Shown here: positions 1 through 7,352 of the stretch, piece after piece
Layout: every line of letters starts with the position of its first letter
Position numbering within the stretch: position 1 is the first letter of the stretch
IMG/VR virus record: IMGVR_UViG_3300005980_000006
Span: 1 to 41,378 of that record
From: a virus
Lineage: Duplodnaviria > Caudoviricetes
Strand: one strand, 5' to 3'
DNA length: 41,378 nucleotides
The notes under the pieces: generated by a model
Databases searched by the model: none
Told to the model about the DNA's origin: nothing
The model's input: the letters and a program-made list of their open reading frames with translations, nothing else
Position numbers and translations under genes: made by a program

Positions 1-133
1 TAAGAGAATGGACTTGTTCGGAATGTGGCGCACATCATGATCGTGATGTGAACGCCGCCAAGAACATTCTCCAGCGCGGACATGCGCTGCTAGCTGTAGG
101 AATCCCCGTCCTTTAGGGCGGGGAGGATGTCAA
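1..133 (+). mobile_element. Right end of an IS200/IS605-family element
   Basis: tnpB 3' end, then GAAT (100-103), subterminal hairpin TCCCCGTCCT-tt-AGGGCGGGGA (103-124) and terminal TCAA (130-133), as at the IS608 right end. Confidence 0.9.
3..116 (+). CDS. tnpB: TnpB RNA-guided nuclease, C-terminal fragment (truncated by window edge)
   Basis: Manual translation [37 protein letters not shown]: zinc-ribbon CxxC and RuvC-III DRDxNAAxNI. Confidence 0.93.
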   Translation, partial: REWTCSECGAHHDRDVNAAKNILQRGHALLAVGIPVL

Positions 134-339
134 CTTGCCGTCTTCCGCATTTCATCTAAATACTTCGCTACATCTCTAATATCGGCTCGTAGTGGTTTCC
201 CTGTCATCGGGATAGGAAATGTTCCGTTGCAGCGCTGCACGTAGGCAGTATTGGTGCCTACGCCAACGATGTCACAGACCTCCTGAAGTGTCAGTACAGG
301 TTTGTTATAAATCGACAAAAGCATAAATTCTGCTTGCAT
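130..339 (-). CDS. Excisionase-like / AlpA-PrtN-type HTH protein (start MQAEF)
   Basis: 69 aa, LTLQEVCDIVGVGTNTAY...GTFPIP wHTH pattern; last gene of the leftward operon; AAGGA RBS before 339. Confidence 0.7.
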   Translation of the reverse strand: MQAEFMLLSIYNKPVLTLQEVCDIVGVGTNTAYVQRCNGTFPIPMTGKPLRADIRDVAKYLDEMRKTAS

Positions 340-340
340 A

Positions 341-469
341 TTACTTTCCTTTACTCGTTGCCTCTTTCGGCAAATGAAAAGTGGTCGGAGAATCAAGTAA
401 AACAACTGCTGCAGCACCACAAAAAGAAATGGCAAGCACTAGGATCGTGGCAGTGAACTTATTTTTCAT
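341..469 (-). CDS. Small hypothetical protein with N-terminal hydrophobic helix (42 aa; not in ORF track)
   Basis: Manual translation MKNKFTATILVLAISFCGAAAVVLLD...; ATGA coupling to the upstream ORF; GGAG RBS. Confidence 0.55.
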   Translation of the reverse strand: MKNKFTATILVLAISFCGAAAVVLLDSPTTFHLPKEATSKGK

Positions 470-615
470 GCTGTTTTCTCCTGGATTGATTTTAGTAGTG
501 CGGCGCGGTACTGTCCCAATGTCTGAAAAGACATTGCAAAGCCATCGTCTTTGATTAGTTGCTTAATTGCGTCTAGCGACAGCTTTGGCGTATTGGTTCC
601 TGGTATTCCGATCAT
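466..615 (-). CDS. Small phage hypothetical protein (49 aa; not in ORF track)
   Basis: Manual translation MIGIPGTNTPKLSLDAIKQLIKDDGFAMSFQTLGQYRAALLKSIQEKTA; fills the operon gap exactly. Confidence 0.6.
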   Translation of the reverse strand: MIGIPGTNTPKLSLDAIKQLIKDDGFAMSFQTLGQYRAALLKSIQEKTA

Positions 616-616
616 T

Positions 617-1033
617 TTAGCCCCTCAGTCTATGAGTAGTGATTCCAGTAATACCAGGAGGAAGTGCTTCTGGCGGTGTTTTGATTGGTGCCATTTCTAA
701 GAAGTTGCTCCCGACGGCACCTGTCAATTCTTCTGCGATAAGAATTTTTCGGAAATTAATGGAACATCTCCCCTTGTCTATGCCAAATCCAAACCAGCAC
801 AAAAGCCACTCGCGATCGCATGGTTTGCAAAGAGGATCGAATAAGTCATCTAAACGTTTCCACATTTTTCCCTCATAGACTCCACTTGGTATAGTTGATG
901 AGTATTCTGAGAGTTTGTTGAAGTCAGATCGCGAAAGCAGTGCGTGTTGATCGTCGATAAGAATGCAATCCCGCTGCGGCTGTTTCCAATGCTTTCCTAA
1001 TTTGTGGGTCACTTCCGGAATCTGGTTTTTCAT
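617..1033 (-). CDS. Phage hypothetical protein
   Basis: 138 aa ORF coupled (ATGA) to the upstream gene; LSEYSSTIPSGVYEGKMWK motif typical of phage early proteins. Confidence 0.75.
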   Translation of the reverse strand: MKNQIPEVTHKLGKHWKQPQRDCILIDDQHALLSRSDFNKLSEYSSTIPSGVYEGKMWKRLDDLFDPLCKPCDREWLLCWFGFGIDKGRCSINFRKILIAEELTGAVGSNFLEMAPIKTPPEALPPGITGITTHRLRG

Positions 1034-1644
1034 TTGATTTCTCCGATTGCTTTGGTGGCAGCTGCTAACGCTATTTCTAATCCTTCGTTTTCAGTGCGTA
1101 GTGTTTCGATTTCTTTAACGACTTCAGCACCATTTTTATCTACCGCAATGCTGTACAAAATATTCATGCGTAGAACTAGGGTGTTAAGGCGACATCCTTT
1201 TGCGATTGTTCCGTGACCCACTTTAATATCGCAAGGTAATTTCCAGGACAAAGGATCAATAGATTCTGGTGATAAGATCGAGAATCCATTCTGATGAATC
1301 ATCATGCAGAAGTTCGCAACGTCAACAGGATCGCCTTTTTGAACATGCTCGATCAGCATTTGTGTCAACGCTTCAGCACTAGCTGTTTGCCATCCGCTTC
1401 GGCCTTCGTCGCGTTTCTTATCTAACTTAGTCATCATTGCTTCGGAGAATGCGTCGAATGCGATTAGGTCGTGATCGCGATCGTTCAAGACGTAGCAGTC
1501 ATCACACGCCGCCATTATTTCTTTGCGCGTGCGCGTATCGCCAAATGAAGGTCCGCAGTTCATCGTACAACGTTTAACCGTAGGCTGACTCTTCGCACAC
1601 GTGCAACGTCGTCCTTGGTTACGGTCGTGTGTGCATTGGCTCAT
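1030..1644 (-). CDS. Eaa/Ead-like mosaic early protein (KGDPVDVANFCMM motif, MazG-like helical domain)
   Basis: Motif recognition; Cys-rich N-terminus; coupled in operon. Confidence 0.6.
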   Translation of the reverse strand: MSQCTHDRNQGRRCTCAKSQPTVKRCTMNCGPSFGDTRTRKEIMAACDDCYVLNDRDHDLIAFDAFSEAMMTKLDKKRDEGRSGWQTASAEALTQMLIEHVQKGDPVDVANFCMMIHQNGFSILSPESIDPLSWKLPCDIKVGHGTIAKGCRLNTLVLRMNILYSIAVDKNGAEVVKEIETLRTENEGLEIALAAATKAIGEIK

Positions 1645-3437
1645 GCTGCACCTGCCGTTTCTTCGTTTGCAGAGTGTGCTTTCTTTTTGATGCTGAGTGT
1701 CGGCCGCTTAACTGGTGTCGCATCAACTGGCTTATCCAGATCTACGCGGAACTGTTCGAGATCGATGCCCTCAGCGTTGGCCATGCCGATGAGTGTGTGG
1801 TATTCGCCTGTGTCGGATGGGTTCATCCATGACACGCTGAATGCTTCGCCCAGGAGTAAATCAAGCATGACGTTAAGAACAGCATCTTTGTTTGCTTGAT
1901 CGATATAGGCGATTACGGCCTCATCAGATCCGCTTGTTCCGAATGGGTAAAGGTCTGCCAACATATCGTCAGGAATTGCGTAGGAACTGAGTAAATTTTT
2001 AGTCAGCTCACGCAGTGATTCAACGGTGAGGTTGTTGAATCCAGTTAAACGGATGCGCTTGTACAGTGCTACGCGAAATTTAGTTTCTTTCTCGGCTTTT
2101 GCTTTCGCGAAGTCTTCCCGCTTCAGGCGTTCGATGTATGGGTCGTAATAGGTCGTTGATAAAGTCGCTCCGCCGATGTTGACATCGACTTCAGATTGAC
2201 TGTCAGCTTCATCATCTTGTGTCTTAGTGGTTGCTTCTGCACGCTCCTCGCCACGGTTGAATGCTTCAACTCCGGATGCGCACAGGCTAAGATCTTCGAG
2301 TAAATTCTGGATTTTCTGTGTCTCGTAAAGCTCTATGAGAGTCCCGCATTCTGTTTTAGCATACGCATCAGCTGGCGGGAATTTGTCTGTTGTGATGAGT
2401 GCGTAGATTGTGTTGTTTTCGAGATTGCTTCTAGCACGTGGAAAAGCGCGCAAAAAAGTATTTTTTGTGACATACAAGTTATTTGCATTTACTGCAGATC
2501 TCAAAGCCATTTCGGCAAGTTTCCCTTGAAAAACTGGAATGTTTTGTTTTTCCAGTTGTAGGATTTTTGCATTCAGAGTTGCAGCCTTTTTCTCTGCAAA
2601 ACAGTCTGGATTTGTGCAGATGTTTTTTCCAATGTCGGTAAAAATTTCTGGCTGGTTGCCAGTCCGCATTGGACACTTAATACAACTTGGAGAATCGATA
2701 AGCTTCGCATCTTTGGTATCAAATGGCGCATCATCCAGATCCAGTGTGTAGTAAGTTTCCAGATACTCTTTCGCTTCACGCGATGACATTGGTTCGTTGG
2801 AATCGTCTGTCCCCATGATGTGACGCATGGCCTTAACTTGTAGTGTTGGGACAGGGATGCGTGCAACATATAAAGCAATAGTTGAGCTGAACTTACGATT
2901 TAAAAAATCATCGTGTAATGGTTCTGCCAGCGAGCATAATTTCAGTCGTCCGTAAATGTAGCTACGGGATTTATTCAGCTCTGTAACGAGCTGATCGGCG
3001 CTATAACCATGCGCAAGCATCAACGCCTGATAGCCGAGCGCTTCCTCCAGTTCGTGCGGATCTTCGCGCTGCAAGTTTTCAAGGATCTGAATTTTCGCAG
3101 CTTGCAAATCAGTCAGATTGCGAATCATTGCGGGAATGGTTGTGACTCCCGCGATTTTGGAAGCGAGGAAACGGCGTTCGCCGGCGACAATCTCATAAAT
3201 CTCAGGTTCAGCTTCTGTCGGGGTAACTGTGCGAATTAATATAGGCTGTGCAACGCCTATGTCTTTGATACTTGCTGCCAGTTCCGTAAGCTTCAGCTGA
3301 TCGAAGTGTTTGCGGTTTGTTTTTGAGATGCGAATCAGATTCAGTGGGATGACTTCAAATCTACCTTTATCCATCACAAGTTCATCAACAACGATAATTG
3401 GATCTGCAACAGCGACTGCTTTCTTTTTAGCGACCAT
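1641..3437 (-). CDS. ParB/RepB/Spo0J-family protein with long C-terminal extension
   Basis: LAASIKDIGVAQPILIR, YEIVAGERRFLA, ENLQREDPHELEEA, HTH; CxxC...CxxxxC cluster. Confidence 0.88.
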   Translation of the reverse strand: MVAKKKAVAVADPIIVVDELVMDKGRFEVIPLNLIRISKTNRKHFDQLKLTELAASIKDIGVAQPILIRTVTPTEAEPEIYEIVAGERRFLASKIAGVTTIPAMIRNLTDLQAAKIQILENLQREDPHELEEALGYQALMLAHGYSADQLVTELNKSRSYIYGRLKLCSLAEPLHDDFLNRKFSSTIALYVARIPVPTLQVKAMRHIMGTDDSNEPMSSREAKEYLETYYTLDLDDAPFDTKDAKLIDSPSCIKCPMRTGNQPEIFTDIGKNICTNPDCFAEKKAATLNAKILQLEKQNIPVFQGKLAEMALRSAVNANNLYVTKNTFLRAFPRARSNLENNTIYALITTDKFPPADAYAKTECGTLIELYETQKIQNLLEDLSLCASGVEAFNRGEERAEATTKTQDDEADSQSEVDVNIGGATLSTTYYDPYIERLKREDFAKAKAEKETKFRVALYKRIRLTGFNNLTVESLRELTKNLLSSYAIPDDMLADLYPFGTSGSDEAVIAYIDQANKDAVLNVMLDLLLGEAFSVSWMNPSDTGEYHTLIGMANAEGIDLEQFRVDLDKPVDATPVKRPTLSIKKKAHSANEETAGAA

Positions 3438-3451
3438 GATTAATCTCTTAT

Positions 3452-3712
3452 TTAAAGTTGATTTGAAGTGAATAGTCGGTTGGCATATTTGGGTTTTAGT
3501 AAACCTATTGATGCACTAGGAAAAACAACCTGATAGTTGATTGATTCGAGTGGTATGGCAATGGTTTGATTTTCTTTTGCCGCTATCAATGCCATTTTTT
3601 GCCCGTTACTGATATCAATCTTTGAGCCCAAAAAAGTACCGATTAAGCATTCGCCGTTGATCTTGTAACTAACAGTTTTGAAGGGTTCAAGTTGTTCGTA
3701 TAAATCGCTCAT
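3452..3712 (-). CDS. Hypothetical protein
   Basis: 86 aa ORF coupled to the upstream gene. Confidence 0.6.
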   Translation of the reverse strand: MSDLYEQLEPFKTVSYKINGECLIGTFLGSKIDISNGQKMALIAAKENQTIAIPLESINYQVVFPSASIGLLKPKYANRLFTSNQL

Positions 3713-4095
3713 GGTGCACCTACACCAGATTGCGTATTAAGAAAGCGAGCAGGAATAGCGAAGGCTTTCGAGATATGTTCTTGCGTTGATTTAATGAATT
3801 CTTCAACCTGACCAACTTCGCTAGTCAAAGTAGTGATTGACGGCGTGCGTGGGAGCCCTGCGGCTGCTTTTAATTCAGCGATGGAGATACCAGATTCTTC
3901 GTGTGCGTTTAGTAGAATTGACGCTCCGATGGCCAACTGACTATTGCGAATCTTGCTGATTACAGGTGGAGCGACTTGTAGCCGACGCGACAACGCAGCA
4001 TCGTTTTTAAGTTGCATTTTTTCGATCAACAAATTGATAAACAACTCTGGTGTGTAGTCAGAAGATTGCAGGTCGAATTTGGAAATTTTTTTCAT
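3709..4095 (-). CDS. XRE-like HTH protein of the LKNDAALSRxLxVAPPVISKIR family
   Basis: Motif recalled from a small HTH family common in Oxalobacteraceae. Confidence 0.75.
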   Translation of the reverse strand: MKKISKFDLQSSDYTPELFINLLIEKMQLKNDAALSRRLQVAPPVISKIRNSQLAIGASILLNAHEESGISIAELKAAAGLPRTPSITTLTSEVGQVEEFIKSTQEHISKAFAIPARFLNTQSGVGAP

Positions 4096-4131
4096 AATAT
4101 TCTTTCGTAGTTAGATTAGTTTTTTTGGGGA

Positions 4132-4329
4132 TTAGTCATCGTTGCTGCAGCGAACTGCTTTTCCATCGAATCGATTTAGCTTTGCCTGGTGCAATCGTGC
4201 TGCTTGTTCCAGAGATATCTTCATTGCTGGATTTTTCAGCATGTCATCGAGTGGGATGGACTTGTCTGTTAGCCTGCTATAAGCGATCTCCAGCGACAGA
4301 CGATCCGGCGTGGTCTTAGCTTTTCGCAT
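4132..4329 (-). CDS. Hypothetical protein (start MRKAK)
   Basis: ORF track; GAGG RBS before 4329. Confidence 0.6.
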   Translation of the reverse strand: MRKAKTTPDRLSLEIAYSRLTDKSIPLDDMLKNPAMKISLEQAARLHQAKLNRFDGKAVRCSNDD

Positions 4330-4516
4330 GGCGAACCTCGGCATGTGCAGACGTCTGTACTTTTTTGACGGATGGCTTTAGGCCGTTTGCATCGATGTAT
4401 GCAGGACCATAAAGACCTTTGTAGGGATCGGTTTTCGATGCGCAAACACGAGCAATAAATGCGTCGATCACTTCTGTTGGCTTCTTTGCGTGATCAAGAA
4501 AATTGAACTTAGCCAT
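4316..4516 (-). CDS. Hypothetical protein (start MAKFNF)
   Basis: ORF track; GAGGTG RBS. Confidence 0.6.
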   Translation of the reverse strand: MAKFNFLDHAKKPTEVIDAFIARVCASKTDPYKGLYGPAYIDANGLKPSVKKVQTSAHAEVRHAKS

Positions 4517-4658
4517 GATCCACCTCTGGCTTAACACTTATCGACGCGACTCCAAATTGATCGATTGCATCCGCGTGCGCGTCGAATGAACTTGCGGCAA
4601 GTGCTGAGTATTGAAAGGCCGAATCGGTGGTGCGTACAGTAACGATGAATGCGCTCAT
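4509..4658 (-). CDS. Small phage hypothetical protein (49 aa; not in ORF track)
   Basis: Manual translation MSAFIVTVRTTDSAFQYSALAASSFDAHADAIDQFGVASISVKPEVDHG; ATGA-coupled. Confidence 0.6.
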   Translation of the reverse strand: MSAFIVTVRTTDSAFQYSALAASSFDAHADAIDQFGVASISVKPEVDHG

Positions 4659-5044
4659 GCTGTCACCCGTTCGTTTACGAAGTGGGTTAAGTAGCCTGGC
4701 GCGGTATCGATAGAGAAAGCAACCTCCCCCTTGACCAGGATCACTCGGTCAAACTGGCCTGCATGGTGTCTGCGGAAAACTTCAGTAAAACCTAGCGAGT
4801 GCAACGCTACATGCAGTTCAGTATCCTGATGGAATCGGTTGATGCATACGTGAATCGGGTATGGTGCTCTGCCGTGATAATTGAGCGGCTGGTCGTTACG
4901 GAATTTGCTTTCCAGCATTTCTTCAAGCGTTGTAAGAACCGGCTGAGCTGCAACCAACAGATCGGACATAAGTTCGATCTCGGCTTTGCGGTGCTGAAAT
5001 TGCTTATTGTTTGCTTCGATGAGGCGTTCGTGAAAATTATTCAT
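4655..5044 (-). CDS. Hypothetical protein, first gene of the PL operon (start MNNFHE)
   Basis: ORF track; GGAG RBS; downstream of PL. Confidence 0.7.
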   Translation of the reverse strand: MNNFHERLIEANNKQFQHRKAEIELMSDLLVAAQPVLTTLEEMLESKFRNDQPLNYHGRAPYPIHVCINRFHQDTELHVALHSLGFTEVFRRHHAGQFDRVILVKGEVAFSIDTAPGYLTHFVNERVTA

Positions 5045-5074
5045 TTTTGCTCCGTCTGTTAGTTGACAGTGCAA

Positions 5075-5117
5075 AATATACGCGAACGAATAATAAAAAA
5101 CAATACGCGAATGGATA
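5075..5117 (-). promoter_or_regulatory. PL promoter with two operators (OL)
   Basis: TTGTTT(5103-5098)-17bp-TATATT(5080-5075); operators ATACGCGAACGAATA 5078-5092 and ATACGCGAATGGATA 5103-5117 match those at cI/cro. Confidence 0.85.
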
Positions 5118-5156
5118 ATTTAATTTATTTTTTTGTTATTAAATAATTCAGAGGTG

Positions 5157-5182
5157 AAAAAAAACCGCATAAATGCGGCTTT
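5157..5182 (-). terminator. Rho-independent terminator after the lipoprotein gene
   Basis: CCGCAT-aa-ATGCGG stem followed by a T-run on the minus strand. Confidence 0.75.
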
Positions 5183-5200
5183 GGAGTTTGATGTGATTAG

Positions 5201-5599
5201 TTACTGTATCGATTTTGGATCCTGTGTCGTCATTGGGGCAACCACGGTCCCTTGGCGGCTACCCGATCCTGAGCTCGTGTAATTAATTTTTGTTAGGATG
5301 CCATCTTTGTTAATAAAATACATCGCAACGGTGTGCGCGTAATCCGCTCCGCCAGCAAATAATCCGACAACAGGAATAAAAGTTGCTGCTTTTGTTTTGT
5401 ACTGATAGCCAGAGTAGCTAATGATTTTAGTGTTGCCTGTGATCGATACTGACGTTGGGTTTCCAAGGGTATTGATAATTTCTTGCTCGGTTGTAACGCC
5501 TTCTTTGAATGCTGTTGCGGCTTGTTGCGAAACCTGAGTTCCAGAAGATGCGCATGCGGCCATAGTTAAAGCCAGCAAAATCGTGAGAAGCTTCTTCAT
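5201..5599 (-). CDS. Outer-membrane lipoprotein, SmpA/BamE-like fold (candidate superinfection exclusion)
   Basis: Signal peptide with lipobox LTMAAC; FKEGVTTEQEIINTLGNP motif. Confidence 0.75.
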   Translation of the reverse strand: MKKLLTILLALTMAACASSGTQVSQQAATAFKEGVTTEQEIINTLGNPTSVSITGNTKIISYSGYQYKTKAATFIPVVGLFAGGADYAHTVAMYFINKDGILTKINYTSSGSGSRQGTVVAPMTTQDPKSIQ

Positions 5600-5682
5600 T
5601 TGTCATTCCTTCAATATTTGTTGAAATAAAAATAATATCAGAATATCTATGTATTAGAAACGACGCTTGATCAATGTTGCAA

Positions 5683-6591
5683 TTAGTCGACGCTTGGACG
5701 TCGAACAGGAGTGTGTCTTGAAACCATTTGTTTGATAAATTCAGTGGTAGTTGGGCTATTTCCTCCGATTTCTTTAATGCAAATATATAGTTGGTTCTTT
5801 GCCCACTCGTCCGTCAAGTGAGTAATGTGCACTGGGTGCGTCGCACGATATACATTTGCCGCACTTTCAATAGTAATCGCGATTCCGATGTCTGTTGACG
5901 CGGCGTAATACGCTTGTACATCAAAGCTCGGACAGATGATGGGGCGTTTCAGCGAGATATTCATTTTTGCTGCGATGTCGTCGATGATAGGTGTTATGTG
6001 TTCAAGCGTTTCCGTGTGAATCATGGGCCATTTGATAGCATTTATAAACGCAACCTCCGTGCTGTTAGACAAGGGGTGTGATGTTGACATCATCAAACAA
6101 ACTCGCTCGCAACGATAGGGAATTAACCGTAAACCGGCGACATGTGGATCGCCGGCTATTAGTCCAGCATCGATTTTTCCTGCAATTACGTTCTGTATAA
6201 TTTCTGTAAAACTTCCCCGCTGAAGGCGTATTTTCAATGCAGCATTGTTTAGCAGCATTTGTTGTGTGACGAGCGGTAAATCTCGTTTTAATAGAACTTC
6301 ATCAGCCATCAGGTCGAGATGTGGGCCGCGAAGGCGGCCCAATTTGGTTTGTAGATTGGTGAACTCGCGCTTCATTATTTCGCAATGTTCAGCGATTTCT
6401 CGCCCTTCGGTCGTGAGCGTTAAACGTCCTTTTCGAGTAGCGACGGTATAGCCAATTTTATTTTCGATTTTGTCTAGGCGTTGAGAAACAGCGGATCTGC
6501 TTATTCCCAGCCGCTGGCCTGCGGCGGTCAAGCTAAATTCGCGTGAAATTGCAAGAATCGTGTCGATGTCTTTTGGATCTAGTGCTAACAC
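5683..6591 (-). CDS. LysR-family transcriptional regulator
   Basis: SLTAAGQRLGISRSAVSQRLDKIENKIG HTH, LTTEG, substrate-binding domain (GKIDAGL); 302 aa. Confidence 0.93.
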   Translation of the reverse strand: MLALDPKDIDTILAISREFSLTAAGQRLGISRSAVSQRLDKIENKIGYTVATRKGRLTLTTEGREIAEHCEIMKREFTNLQTKLGRLRGPHLDLMADEVLLKRDLPLVTQQMLLNNAALKIRLQRGSFTEIIQNVIAGKIDAGLIAGDPHVAGLRLIPYRCERVCLMMSTSHPLSNSTEVAFINAIKWPMIHTETLEHITPIIDDIAAKMNISLKRPIICPSFDVQAYYAASTDIGIAITIESAANVYRATHPVHITHLTDEWAKNQLYICIKEIGGNSPTTTEFIKQMVSRHTPVRRPSVD

Positions 6592-6667
6592 AGTTACTTA
6601 TAGAAAATGATACCTGTGTGCAAGTCTGTACGCAATCGCATACTTTTGAAATGTAGAAACTGCAAGA

Positions 6668-6739
6668 CGTAAGCAGTTCTGGCGTCATCGTAAGTAAAAC
6701 TTAACAAGATGTGACAAAAACTTGGTTATATTAATAACC
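6668..6739 (+). promoter_or_regulatory. Putative LysR box and separate palindromic operator at the small-ORF promoter
   Basis: Perfect T-N11-A dyad TAAGT-AAA-ACTTA 6691-6703; CGTAAG repeated at 21-bp spacing (6668, 6689); -10-like TATATT 6727-6732 inside palindrome GGTTAT-ATTA-ATAACC 6724-6739. Confidence 0.55.
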
Positions 6740-6772
6740 CATGTACATTTTGAAATAAAAAAAGGCAACGTT

Positions 6773-6931
6773 ATGGATGAGGATGAGCAAATCGCGGAGT
6801 GGCGTTTAATACAGCAAAAAATGAATCCGGAGGCTTTTGCAATGCTGCTTGATTTAGCGCGAGAATGGTTGAATGACTATCCTCGGGAAAACGAACCGAA
6901 GCTAAGACTCATCGTTGGGTCGCGCCGTTAG
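6773..6931 (+). CDS. Small 52-aa protein, candidate antirepressor
   Basis: AAGG RBS; divergent from lysR, convergent with and overlapping the 3' end of repressor 2. Confidence 0.6.
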   Translation: MDEDEQIAEWRLIQQKMNPEAFAMLLDLAREWLNDYPRENEPKLRLIVGSRR

Positions 6932-7273
6932 CTGCTTGGGTACAGTTGAGCATGTGGTTTTTATTAGCGATTTACCCATGTCATTTGCTTCTCGAAATTG
7001 AGTTAACAAACGAAGTTCTTCAGCAGTCACATACACAAGACTGATATCAGAAGAGTTATTGGGTTTTAAATTTTCGCCAGTCACGATCCAGTCGATGCTA
7101 ACCTTACACGCATTAGCTATTGCAGAAAGATTTTCGATGCTCGGTTGGGATTCGGATTTCAGTATCCTAACTATGCTTGAGTTTGGGACGCCAGACAATC
7201 GGCCTAATTCGGACTGACTTCTGATGCCAGCAAACTTCATGGCGATATCAATTCGGTCAGCTATTGTGGTCAT
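6902..7273 (-). CDS. XRE HTH repressor paralogue 2 (no S24 peptidase domain)
   Basis: IADRIDIAM...SQSELGRLSGVPNSSIVRIL...VSIDWIVTG; C-terminal LVYVTxEE motif shared with cI. Confidence 0.85.
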   Translation of the reverse strand: MTTIADRIDIAMKFAGIRSQSELGRLSGVPNSSIVRILKSESQPSIENLSAIANACKVSIDWIVTGENLKPNNSSDISLVYVTAEELRLLTQFREANDMGKSLIKTTCSTVPKQLTARPNDES

Positions 7274-7281
7274 GCGATCGA

Positions 7282-7310
7282 ACTATACGCACGCCCCACG
7301 TTGCACTCAA
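7282..7310 (-). promoter_or_regulatory. Sigma70 promoter of repressor 2 (near-leaderless transcript)
   Basis: TTGAGT-17bp-TATAGT, with ATG 8 nt after the -10. Confidence 0.65.
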
Positions 7311-7352
7311 GGATCTGTCCGAATGTGGTTGTGTATCCCCGAAATCGGCAAA

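Larger units (their letters stand above)
1..153 (+). ncRNA. Predicted TnpB omega/reRNA 3' part; guide approx. 134-153 (CTTGCCGTCTTCCGCATTTC)
   Basis: Established architecture: the reRNA overlaps the tnpB 3' end and right end, and the guide is flanking DNA after TCAA; boundaries inferred. Confidence 0.6.

Noticed and set aside
5056-5069. SOS box CTGTTAGTTGACAG after PL
   Set aside because: Spacer is 6 nt, not 8; more likely a small leader hairpin
6658-6678. LexA SOS box upstream of the small ORF
   Set aside because: CTG and CAG are 11 nt apart rather than 10, and the CTGT/ACAG ends are absent
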